This document shows positions 38,050 to 46,554 of a stretch of DNA of 64,000 nucleotides, in pieces (within the stretch, counting starts at the first letter, position 1; each line of letters opens with the position of its first letter). Made by a program: the position numbers and the translations under genes. The stretch is from NCBI GenBank assembly GCA_963559135.1, contig CAUWJP010000002.1, positions 2,572-66,571 of the forward strand, written 5' to 3'. The notes beneath the pieces are model-generated. The model was given only the letters and a program-made list of their open reading frames with translations, ran no database searches and was not told where the DNA came from. The DNA comes from an uncultured Sellimonas sp. (GTDB taxonomy: Bacteria > Bacillota > Clostridia > Lachnospirales > Lachnospiraceae).

Positions 38050-39701
38050 AACGGAGAAGTGGAATCCGGATTATGGGAGAACTGATCGGACTGATACGTC
38101 CTCTTCTCCATGTCATGGCCGGAGCAGTCCTTCTTGGAGTTGCCGGCTATCTGTGCGCTATTTTTCTTACTGTAATGGCGGGTGCCGGACTTTTAAAACT
38201 TTCCGGTCTGGTAGATGGCTTTTCTCTTGGCAGCCTGTTCTTTTGTCTTGGTGTAGCCGCCATCCTGCGCGGCATTCTTCATTACGGAGAGCAGGCCTGC
38301 AATCATTACATCGCATTTAAATTACTGGCACTGATCCGCCACAAAGTATTTGCGAGCCTTCGCCGGCTCTGTCCTGCAAAACTGGACGGCAAAGAGAAGG
38401 GAAATCTGATTTCCATCCTGACAACAGATATCGAACTTTTAGAGGTTTTTTACGCCCATACGATCTCTCCGATTGCAATTGCGATCCTGACTTCTCTTAT
38501 TATGGAAGTCATCTTTTTCCATTACAGTATTCCTGCAGGAATTCTTGCACTGTGCGGCTATCTGTCCGTAGGACTCCTTGTCCCTTTTGTGAATTCCAAA
38601 AAGGGAGCGGCAAGCGGTATGACTTTCCGCAATGAATTTGGTGAACTGAACAGTTTCGTTCTGGACAGTCTCAGAGGTCTGGATGAGACCCTTCAATATG
38701 GATGCGGAAAAGAAAGATTAAATGAGATGGAAAAACGAAGCCGCAAACTAAATGAAAAGCAGACGGTCATGAAACATCTGGAAGGAATTCAGCGTGGAAT
38801 CACCAGTCTTCTGATTCTTCTCTTTTCTTTCGGAATGCTCTTTCTTTGCAGCTGGCTCCATAACAACGGAACACTCTCCACGGACGGCGTCATCCTGTGT
38901 ACAATATTAATGATGGGATCTTTTGGACCTGTCGTTGCACTTTCCCCCCTCTCCAACAATCTGATGCAGACGCTCGCCAGCGGAGAGCGAGTTCTCTCTC
39001 TTCTGGAAGAAGTGCCGGAAACGGAAGATGTGAAAGGCAACGCCCCGATAGAATTTGGACAGACTGAATGCGAGGATCTGTACTTTTCTTATGAAAAAGA
39101 ACCGATTTTGAAAGGTTACTCTCTAACCATTCCAAAAGGAAGCCGAATCGGCATTCACGGAAAAAGCGGTTCCGGAAAATCTACTATTTTGAAACTTCTG
39201 ATGCGATTTTATGATGCTGACAGTGGATCAATCCGAATTGGGGAAAGGGATATCTCATCCATCAACACAGAAAATCTCCGTGATATGGAAAGTTATGTCA
39301 CCCAGGAGACAAGCCTGTTCCATGATTCCATCGCCAACAATATTGCTATCGCAAAACCGGATGCCTCCAGAGACGAAATCGAGACCGCTGCGAAAAAGGC
39401 TTCTTTGCATGAATTTATTATAAGCCTTCCAAACGGATATGATACGATGGTAGGAGAACTGGGAGATACCTTATCAGGTGGAGAACGGCAACGGATCGGA
39501 ATCGCCCGTGCTTTCCTACACAATGCTCCTCTCCTCCTTCTGGATGAACCGACAAGCAATCTCGATTCTCTCAACGAGAGCATTATTCTGAAGTCACTGA
39601 AAGAATTGGGGAATGACAAAACCATTGTCCTCGTATCCCACCGGGAATCAACGATGGCCGTCGCTGAAACAGTCTATGAAATGTCAGAAAGAGCTTCCTG
39701 A
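38046..39701 (+). CDS. CydC-like ABC exporter (fused TMD-NBD)
   Basis: ATGA overlap with the upstream partner; NBD with GKSGSGKST, LSGGERQRIGIAR and LLDEP. Confidence 0.8.
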   Translation: MKRRSGIRIMGELIGLIRPLLHVMAGAVLLGVAGYLCAIFLTVMAGAGLLKLSGLVDGFSLGSLFFCLGVAAILRGILHYGEQACNHYIAFKLLALIRHKVFASLRRLCPAKLDGKEKGNLISILTTDIELLEVFYAHTISPIAIAILTSLIMEVIFFHYSIPAGILALCGYLSVGLLVPFVNSKKGAASGMTFRNEFGELNSFVLDSLRGLDETLQYGCGKERLNEMEKRSRKLNEKQTVMKHLEGIQRGITSLLILLFSFGMLFLCSWLHNNGTLSTDGVILCTILMMGSFGPVVALSPLSNNLMQTLASGERVLSLLEEVPETEDVKGNAPIEFGQTECEDLYFSYEKEPILKGYSLTIPKGSRIGIHGKSGSGKSTILKLLMRFYDADSGSIRIGERDISSINTENLRDMESYVTQETSLFHDSIANNIAIAKPDASRDEIETAAKKASLHEFIISLPNGYDTMVGELGDTLSGGERQRIGIARAFLHNAPLLLLDEPTSNLDSLNESIILKSLKELGNDKTIVLVSHRESTMAVAETVYEMSERAS

Positions 39702-39707
39702 TCTCTA

Positions 39708-39736
39708 TTGACATTCATGTATTCTTTCGATATAAT
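39708..39736 (+). promoter_or_regulatory. Consensus sigma-A promoter overlapping the upstream terminator
   Basis: TTGACA (39708..39713), a 17 nt spacer, then TATAAT (39731..39736). Confidence 0.55.
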
Positions 39737-39773
39737 CATCTGGACATCTGCGGATGCCAGATGATTATTTTTT
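39734..39773 (+). terminator. Intrinsic terminator of the cydDC-like operon
   Basis: AATCATCTGG / CCAGATGATT is a 10 bp perfect stem followed by ATTTTTT; its left arm overlaps the -10 box above. Confidence 0.7.
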
Positions 39774-39863
39774 GAAAGGATGTATTACATTTTTATGGAC
39801 GAATCAAGCGACAGTGATTCTGAACATCATAATTTTGTAAAAATGAAGATAGATACATATAGA

Positions 39864-39908
39864 AGGTATAGTCTGCCGTTTTTTCAAACAGTGGACTATA
39901 CCTTTTTG
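39864..39908 (+). terminator. Second intrinsic terminator, a candidate attenuator in the CNNM-gene leader
   Basis: AGGTATAGTC / GACTATACCT is a 10 bp perfect stem followed by TTTTT, about 115 nt upstream of ATG 40024. Confidence 0.55.
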
Positions 39909-40023
39909 TGTATTTTTATCCGACTTCGACTATGAGACTTCTCCGGTTTTTCGGAATCTCAGATTCGAAGCATAGAATTCTTACATTTTTACACATTATA
40001 TGATGAATAAAGGAGAACTGATT

Positions 40024-41355
40024 ATGAATTCAATCGTACCACAATTACTATTACAGGTGATTCTTATTTTACTGAACGCTTTTTTTGCGGCGGCGGAGAT
40101 CGCCGTGATCTCTTTGAATGCGTCGAAACTTCGTAAGTCTGCTGAAGACGGCGATAAGACATGTGCAAAACTATTAAAACTTGTGGAAGAGCCTTCTGGC
40201 TTTCTATCCACAATCCAGATCGGAATTACATTAGCCGGCTTTCTCGGAAGTGCGTTTGCCGCGGACAATTTTTCCGGTTATCTTGTAGACTGGGTATACA
40301 AAGACCTTGGTTTCCACGGTCTTCCGGTGTCTGTTCTGGATACTCTTGCCGTCATTGTGATCACCATTATTCTTTCTTATTTTACGCTGATTTTCGGCGA
40401 GCTTGTACCGAAGCGTATCGCCATGCAGAAATCGTTTGCCGTTGCCAAATTTGTGTACAGGGTTGTCTCATTTGTAGCATTAATTATGAAACCTGCAGTT
40501 GCCTTCCTCTCCCTCTCTACGAACGTAGTACTGAAATTATTCGGAATGAAAACCGAGGCGGAAGAAGAAGCCGTAACTGAAGATGAGATTCGCCTGATGG
40601 TCGAACTTGGCGAGGAGAACGGTTCTATCGACAGCAATGAAAAAGAATGGATCCAGAATGTGCTTGAGTTCAATGATACGATCGTGCGGAACTGTATGAC
40701 CCACGAGTCGGAGATCATTGCCATCTCCGTCGACGCTTCCGACGAGGAGATCACGGCTCTCATCGCTGAATCGGGACTTTCCCGTTACCCGGTATACGGA
40801 GAAGATCTTCATGACATCATCGGAATCCTCAATGCCCGCACTTTCCTGCTTTCCCGGGCCGGCGGACAGAAAACAGATCTGAAGAAACTGCTGCGACCGG
40901 CTTACTTTATCCCAGAAACAGTCCATGCATCTACATTGTTCCGTGACATGCAGAAACAAAAACTACACATCGCGGTAGTTGTTGATGAGTACGGAGATAC
41001 TTCCGGTATCGTGACACTTGAGGACCTTGTGGAAGAGATCTTCGGCAATATCTATGATGAATTCGATGAAAACGAGCCGGCCGAAATCGAACAGATCCAG
41101 GAAAATCTCTGGAGAGTCACCGGTACAGCCGCTGTTGATGATGTTGCAAAAGCTCTCGATATTGATCTTCCGGAGTCTTCCGACTACACGACACTTGGAG
41201 GTATGGTCTTCAGTCATCTGAAAACTATCCCAAAAGACGGGACGACTGTAGAACTGAATGTCGGCGATATCCACATCCATGTGGATGCAATCTCCAGAAG
41301 AAGAATCCAGTCCGCCCTTGTGTCAAAAATTGAGAACATATCGATCGAAGAGTAA
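40024..41355 (+). CDS. Hemolysin-family / CNNM-type protein (DUF21 TM domain, CBS pair, CorC_HlyC)
   Basis: DUF21 N-terminus (LLNAFFAAAEIAVISL), FGELVPKR, a CBS pair, and the C-terminal domain LGGMVFSHLKTIPKDG. Confidence 0.85.
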   Translation: MNSIVPQLLLQVILILLNAFFAAAEIAVISLNASKLRKSAEDGDKTCAKLLKLVEEPSGFLSTIQIGITLAGFLGSAFAADNFSGYLVDWVYKDLGFHGLPVSVLDTLAVIVITIILSYFTLIFGELVPKRIAMQKSFAVAKFVYRVVSFVALIMKPAVAFLSLSTNVVLKLFGMKTEAEEEAVTEDEIRLMVELGEENGSIDSNEKEWIQNVLEFNDTIVRNCMTHESEIIAISVDASDEEITALIAESGLSRYPVYGEDLHDIIGILNARTFLLSRAGGQKTDLKKLLRPAYFIPETVHASTLFRDMQKQKLHIAVVVDEYGDTSGIVTLEDLVEEIFGNIYDEFDENEPAEIEQIQENLWRVTGTAAVDDVAKALDIDLPESSDYTTLGGMVFSHLKTIPKDGTTVELNVGDIHIHVDAISRRRIQSALVSKIENISIEE

Positions 41356-41358
41356 ACT

Positions 41359-41395
41359 AAAGGACATGGAGTAAATTTTTGCTCCATGTCCTTTT
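41359..41395. terminator. Bidirectional terminator between convergent genes
   Basis: AAAGGACATGGAG / CTCCATGTCCTTT. Confidence 0.65.
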
Positions 41396-41398
41396 CTG

Positions 41399-41824
41399 TC
41401 AACTTTTTTTTCGAAATACAACGTAAGTCTGATTGTAATTTCCCCACCAGGTACTTTCCGGATGGGTAAAGTAAAAGGTGGAAAAAAGCATCTCGGTCTC
41501 ATTCAGCTTTGTGAGCAGCCTCAGAAGCCGTTCGTCCAACGGAAAGATGATGCCGTCTGCTTCCGCCTCCAGCTCTATTAAGTACTCATTTTCCTCTTCT
41601 GTCAGGTTCTTTCGGATCTTTTCCCTCGCCTCATCTGGAAGAGTAAAATAGTAAAAATCTGCCCAGGCATTCTCTTTTCCACATGCCATCCATTCTGCGG
41701 TCAGTTTATCCACAGCTTCCTCTGCGTCCAATGTGACTTCTTCCCAGTCGCACTGGTCAAACCCTTCCTGAATCTGTTTCAGATAAATAGCTCCTGCCTG
41801 TTTTAATGTCCCTATCTGCATCAC
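41399..41824 (-). CDS. Hypothetical acidic protein (141 aa)
   Basis: The ORF is 6 nt downstream of the TetR gene. I recognise no family. Confidence 0.45.
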   Translation of the reverse strand: MMQIGTLKQAGAIYLKQIQEGFDQCDWEEVTLDAEEAVDKLTAEWMACGKENAWADFYYFTLPDEAREKIRKNLTEEENEYLIELEAEADGIIFPLDERLLRLLTKLNETEMLFSTFYFTHPESTWWGNYNQTYVVFRKKS

Positions 41825-41830
41825 GTCCTC

Positions 41831-42424
41831 CTATCTCCGGACTCTTGGGTGCGTATCGCGAATCACGCTCATGATAAAGCGGAATGCAATATCAGCCATC
41901 TCTTCCGGCGTTTCAGACTCCTCTGGATCCTTCTGAAGCCAGTAGCGGATAAGACCGACACAGCCGGACAGACAAAACCGGTAGGAATATTTCAATACAT
42001 TCATCTCATTTGGAAACTGACGCTTCAGTCCGGTAAGGCACTTCTCTCCGACAAGATCCTCCACCTTCTGAACAAAGGCCGGATCTCCGTTTTCCCCCAT
42101 CAGAGAACGATAAAGCTTCCGGTTCCTCCCGAGGGAAAAGAAGATGTCCTTCATAAACAGAACGCTCTGCTCGGAAAATGGTTCCGGCGGATAGCTCTCC
42201 ATTACTTCGGCAATTTCCTCAATCAGTTCCTGCTTTACATTTTCCAGCATATTGGAAATATCAGAGTAATGCAGATAAAAAGTGGAACGGTTAATGTGGA
42301 CACGCGCCACAAGTTCCTTTACCGTAATCTCCTGAATACTTTTCTCTGTCATCAGATCTGCCAGACCTTCTTTTAGCCTCGTCTTGGTTCTCGCAACTCT
42401 CTTATCCACTTTCTGCCCTGTCAT
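41831..42424 (-). CDS. TetR/AcrR-family transcriptional regulator
   Basis: N-terminal HTH (RTKTRLKEGLADLMTEKSIQEITVKELVARVHINRSTFYLHY). The start is at ATG 42424. Confidence 0.85.
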   Translation of the reverse strand: MTGQKVDKRVARTKTRLKEGLADLMTEKSIQEITVKELVARVHINRSTFYLHYSDISNMLENVKQELIEEIAEVMESYPPEPFSEQSVLFMKDIFFSLGRNRKLYRSLMGENGDPAFVQKVEDLVGEKCLTGLKRQFPNEMNVLKYSYRFCLSGCVGLIRYWLQKDPEESETPEEMADIAFRFIMSVIRDTHPRVRR

Positions 42425-42498
42425 GTCGGCCCCTCCTCTTTTTCTTATTCTCACTATAATACAAAAAGGATCGAAGCGCAACACTGTGTCTATTATAT

Positions 42499-43620
42499 TT
42501 ACAGTCTTCGTTTAAATTCTTCATATCCAAAACTTCGGATAATCTGATACTCTCCCTGCTCTTCCAATACAATGTCCGGAAGCTTCATTCCGTTAAAGGT
42601 ATTGTTTTTCACCATCGTATAAATTACCATGTCCTGAAATTCCAACAGATCCCCTGCTGTAAGCGGATGGTCAAACGAATAATCACCAATCACATCCCCT
42701 GCAAGACAGGTCGGACCTGCAAGCCGGAATGTGTAAGGTTTCTCATTCGGAAGGCCCGCATCTTTCAATGGCGGACGGTACGGCATTTCCAGTACATCCG
42801 GCATATGGCATGCTGCGGAAGTATCAAGGATGGCAATCTGAATGCCGTTTTCCATTGTTTCGAGCACCTCCGTCAGGAGTGTTCCCGCATTCAGCGCAAC
42901 GGCTTCCCCCGGCTCCAGATAGACTTCCAGATCATATGTCTCCTGTATATGACAAATACACCGCATTAATCGTTCGATGTCATAATCACTTCTTGTAATA
43001 TGGTGACCGCCGCCCAAATTGATCCACTTCATCTTTGGAAGCCACTCTCCGAACTGTTCCTCTACTGCCTGTAGTGTCACTTCCAGATCATCGGAATTCT
43101 GCTCGCAGAGAGTATGGAAATGGATACCTTCGATGCCCTCCATCAGTTCTTCCGTCAGCTGTTCCTTTACTATTCCAAGCCTGGATCCCGGCGCACATGG
43201 GTCATAGATGGCGTGCCCCTCCTGAGTGGAATACTGTGGATTTACCCGGATTCCCGGACTTTTCCCTGCTTTTCTCACCCGTTCCTTATATTTTCGGATC
43301 TGGGCCGGTGAATTCAGAACAATATGTCCACAAAGGAAAAGGATCTCGTCAAACTCTTCCTCCCGATAAGCCGGGGCGAAGATGTGGTTTTCCTTCCCCA
43401 TCTCCTCTGCCCCCAGTCTTGCCTCATAAAGCCCGCTTGCCGTCGTCCCATCCAGATATTCCCCGATGAGCGGATACAGCGAATACATGGAAAAGGCCTT
43501 CTGAGCCAACAGGATCCGGCATCCTGTCTTCTGGCGGAGCTGCTTTAATATACGCAGATTTGCTTCCAGTTTTTCTTTCTGTACTATATAGCACGGCGTG
43601 CGAAGTTCTTCTTTTCTCAT
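42499..43620 (-). CDS. nspC: Carboxynorspermidine/carboxyspermidine decarboxylase
   Basis: PLP fold-III decarboxylase, 373 aa, with the family-typical TPCYIV start, AQKAF, INLGGG and EPGEA. It is adjacent to the saccharopine-dehydrogenase-like partner. Confidence 0.8.
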   Translation of the reverse strand: MRKEELRTPCYIVQKEKLEANLRILKQLRQKTGCRILLAQKAFSMYSLYPLIGEYLDGTTASGLYEARLGAEEMGKENHIFAPAYREEEFDEILFLCGHIVLNSPAQIRKYKERVRKAGKSPGIRVNPQYSTQEGHAIYDPCAPGSRLGIVKEQLTEELMEGIEGIHFHTLCEQNSDDLEVTLQAVEEQFGEWLPKMKWINLGGGHHITRSDYDIERLMRCICHIQETYDLEVYLEPGEAVALNAGTLLTEVLETMENGIQIAILDTSAACHMPDVLEMPYRPPLKDAGLPNEKPYTFRLAGPTCLAGDVIGDYSFDHPLTAGDLLEFQDMVIYTMVKNNTFNGMKLPDIVLEEQGEYQIIRSFGYEEFKRRL

Positions 43621-43629
43621 AATCGCATC

Positions 43630-44832
43630 CTAGTCTACCAGTTCCGGATCTTCACAGATCTTCCATGGCAGTCCCCATTTGTTCAACGCATCCATGAACG
43701 GATCCGGATCAAACTCTTCCATGTTGAAGACACCCGGTTTTTGCCAGGTACCGTTCATCACAAGCATCGCACCAATCATAGCCGGAACTCCTGTCGTGTA
43801 AGCAACCGCCTGGGAACCTACTTCTTTGTAGCATTCCTGATGATCACAGGTATTGTAGATATAAAGTTTCTTCTCTTTTCCATCTTTCTTTCCGACAAAG
43901 ATACATCCGATATTAGTCTTTCCTTTTGTTCTCGGTCCCAGAGTAGACGGATCCGGAAGGACAGCCTTTAAAAACTGAAGCGGCACGATTTCTTTTCCTT
44001 CGTACATGATCGGCTCAATGGATGTCATCCCCACATTTTCCAGACATTTCAGATGAGTCAGGTAACTCTGGCCGAACGTCATGAAGAAACGGATTCTCCT
44101 GATACCCGGGATGTTAAGTGCCAGAGACTCAATCTCTTCATGGTGCAGAAGGTACATATCCTTCTTCCCAACTTCCGGGAAATCATACTCTCTTTTGATC
44201 TCCATCGGTTCGGTTTCTACCCATTGTCCGTCCTCCCAGTAGGAGCCCTTTGCGGACACTTCCCGGATATTGATCTCCGGGTTGAAGTTAGTTGCGAACG
44301 GATAGCCATGATCGCCACCGTTGCAGTCCAGAATATCAATATAATTGATTTCGTCAAAATAGTGTTTGAGCGCATAAGCGGAAAATACGCTTGTCACTCC
44401 CGGATCGAATCCGCTTCCAAGAAGAGCCGTGATTCCTGCTTTTTCGTATTTCTCACGGTACGCCCACTGCCATTTATATTCAAACTTTGCCGTATCTTCC
44501 GGCTCATAGTTTGCTGTGTCCACATAGTGTACGCCGGTCTCCAGGCAGGCATCCATGATTGTCAGATCCTGATACGGAAGCGCCAGATTCAGCACCACAT
44601 CCGGCTGTACCTTTTTGATCAGCTCCACAAGCTCCGGCACATTGTCCGCGTCTACCTGTGCGGTTGTAATTTTTGCTTTTGTCGTTCCTTCCAGTTTTTC
44701 TTTCAGCGCATCGCACTTGGATACCGTACGGCTTGCGATGCAGATCTCGTCAAACACCGCATCATTCTGCGCACATTTCTGAATTGCTACCCCTGCGACA
44801 CCGCCACATCCGATTACAAGTACTTTTCCCAT
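43630..44832 (-). CDS. Carboxynorspermidine/carboxyspermidine dehydrogenase (saccharopine dehydrogenase family)
   Basis: Rossmann motif VIGCGGVAG; 400 aa; ends ...WGLPW. Confidence 0.8.
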   Translation of the reverse strand: MGKVLVIGCGGVAGVAIQKCAQNDAVFDEICIASRTVSKCDALKEKLEGTTKAKITTAQVDADNVPELVELIKKVQPDVVLNLALPYQDLTIMDACLETGVHYVDTANYEPEDTAKFEYKWQWAYREKYEKAGITALLGSGFDPGVTSVFSAYALKHYFDEINYIDILDCNGGDHGYPFATNFNPEINIREVSAKGSYWEDGQWVETEPMEIKREYDFPEVGKKDMYLLHHEEIESLALNIPGIRRIRFFMTFGQSYLTHLKCLENVGMTSIEPIMYEGKEIVPLQFLKAVLPDPSTLGPRTKGKTNIGCIFVGKKDGKEKKLYIYNTCDHQECYKEVGSQAVAYTTGVPAMIGAMLVMNGTWQKPGVFNMEEFDPDPFMDALNKWGLPWKICEDPELVD

Positions 44833-44853
44833 GATAAGTTCCTCCTTCTACTT

Positions 44854-45711
44854 TTACCTGCCGATTGCCAACAGCATTTCTCTGATAATTTTGCATGCCA
44901 CGGCCGTGGACACCCCGCTTGCATCATACGGCGGGCACAGCTCATTGACATCACACCCTACAAGGTTTACATTGCTGCAAACAGCGGTCACTGCCCGCTG
45001 CAACGTCATATAATCGACTCCGCCCGGTTCCGGCGTTCCTGTCCCCGGAAATACCGACGGGTCTAAAACATCCAAGTCTACCGTAAAATAAACCGGCTTC
45101 CCTTTCAGCTGTTCTATCGTTTCTTCCAGCCCTTCCAGATCAAACGTATGCAGGTTTGTGTGTCCCGCTGCCGCCCAGGAAAACTCGTCCTTTTCTCCGG
45201 AGCGGATTCCAAACTGATAAATCCTGCCGTCTCCCAACAGTTCCCAGCAGCGCCGGATGACGCAGGCGTGGGAAAGTTTCACACCCAGATAATCCTCTCT
45301 CAGATCCGTGTGGGCATCCAGATGGATGACATAAAGATCCGGGTACTGTTCTGCCACGGCCCGGATGCTTCCAAGTGTAACCAGATGCTCTCCTCCGATC
45401 AAAAATGGAAGTTTGCCGTCCTTTAGAATCTCTCCTGCACGCTCCTCAATGGCAGCAAGCACCTTTTGGGAATCCCCGATGGCAAGTTCCAGATCGCCGC
45501 TGTCAAAAACATGACAGTCCAGAAGATCTTTATCCTGATATGGGCTGTAGGTCTCAAGCCCGTAAGATTCATTCCGGATGGCCTGTCCGGCAAATCTAGT
45601 TCCCGGACGGTAAGATGTGGTCGAGTCAAAAGGCGCACCGTAGAGAACGACTTTTGCTTCCTCATACTCTGTATCACATCCGATAAAATTAATTACGTTT
45701 TTCTTCAACAT
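44854..45711 (-). CDS. speB: Agmatinase-family ureohydrolase
   Basis: Arginase-fold Mn motifs GGEH, HLDAHTD and DLDVLDP. Confidence 0.85.
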   Translation of the reverse strand: MLKKNVINFIGCDTEYEEAKVVLYGAPFDSTTSYRPGTRFAGQAIRNESYGLETYSPYQDKDLLDCHVFDSGDLELAIGDSQKVLAAIEERAGEILKDGKLPFLIGGEHLVTLGSIRAVAEQYPDLYVIHLDAHTDLREDYLGVKLSHACVIRRCWELLGDGRIYQFGIRSGEKDEFSWAAAGHTNLHTFDLEGLEETIEQLKGKPVYFTVDLDVLDPSVFPGTGTPEPGGVDYMTLQRAVTAVCSNVNLVGCDVNELCPPYDASGVSTAVACKIIREMLLAIGR

Positions 45712-46552
45712 CTTTTAACAGTTCCTCCACATACACCGGAAGGGCAAACACGCCCGCGTGAAGCCTCGGTGCATAATATCTCGTGCTGATTCCCCGAAGT
45801 TTCCATGCTACGCCGTTTAAGTCATCCAGCGGATGATACCGCTTTGATGCAAATCCGAACAGCCAGTGTCCGGACGGATAGGACGGAATATGTGCCTGGT
45901 ACACCCGGCAGATCGGAAAGGTCTCCACAATCCTCTTGTGCATCCTCTGACACTGATACGCTTCTTCTGCATAGAACGGACTCTCATTCTGATTGATCAT
46001 AATTCCGTCCTCGTGAAGGGCATTATAGCAGTTCCCATAAAATTCCTTTGTAAACAGCCCTTCGCCCGGTCCGAATGGATTTGGGGAATCGATAATAATC
46101 AGATCATATTCATCGGTCCTGGAGCGGATAAACCGCAGACCGTCCTCATGGTAGATTGCCACCCGCTGGTCCGTCAGACTGCAGGCGATCTCCGGGATAT
46201 ATTTCCGGCAGACCTCTACAAGAAGCGGGTCAATCTCCACCACATCGATGGTCTCGATCGTCTCGTATTTAATCAGTTCCCGAACGACACCTCCATCGCC
46301 TCCGCCGATAACAAGCACTTTTTTCACACCCGGGTGGACTGCCATCGGTACGTGGGTAATCATCTCATGATAGATGAATTCGTCCTTTTCCGTCAGCATC
46401 AGATCTCCATCTACCACCAGAACCTTCCCAAACTCGGTCGATTCCAGCACATCAATCCGCTGCAATTCGCTCTCGGCACTGAACAGCTGCCGCTCTACAC
46501 GAAGTGACAGTCTGGCATGGTCGGTATGTTCATCTGAAAACCACATTTCCAT
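45689..46552 (-). CDS. speE: Spermidine synthase-family aminopropyltransferase
   Basis: VLVVDG, IGGGDGG and IIIDSPNP motifs. It overlaps speB by 23 nt. Confidence 0.85.
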   Translation of the reverse strand: MEMWFSDEHTDHARLSLRVERQLFSAESELQRIDVLESTEFGKVLVVDGDLMLTEKDEFIYHEMITHVPMAVHPGVKKVLVIGGGDGGVVRELIKYETIETIDVVEIDPLLVEVCRKYIPEIACSLTDQRVAIYHEDGLRFIRSRTDEYDLIIIDSPNPFGPGEGLFTKEFYGNCYNALHEDGIMINQNESPFYAEEAYQCQRMHKRIVETFPICRVYQAHIPSYPSGHWLFGFASKRYHPLDDLNGVAWKLRGISTRYYAPRLHAGVFALPVYVEELLKDVEEKRN

Positions 46553-46554
46553 TT

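Noticed and set aside
39795-39935. A 46-codon ORF (MDESSDSDSEHH...) between the two terminators upstream of the CNNM-type gene.
   Set aside because: The nearest purine-rich tract is about 15 nt away, which is too far for an RBS, and the ORF runs through the terminator hairpin. It is more likely non-coding leader RNA.
39740-40023. An M-box (Mg2+) or other known metal riboswitch upstream of the CNNM/CorC-family gene.
   Set aside because: I could not find the conserved M-box sequence blocks by eye. Only a covariance-model scan could exclude it formally.
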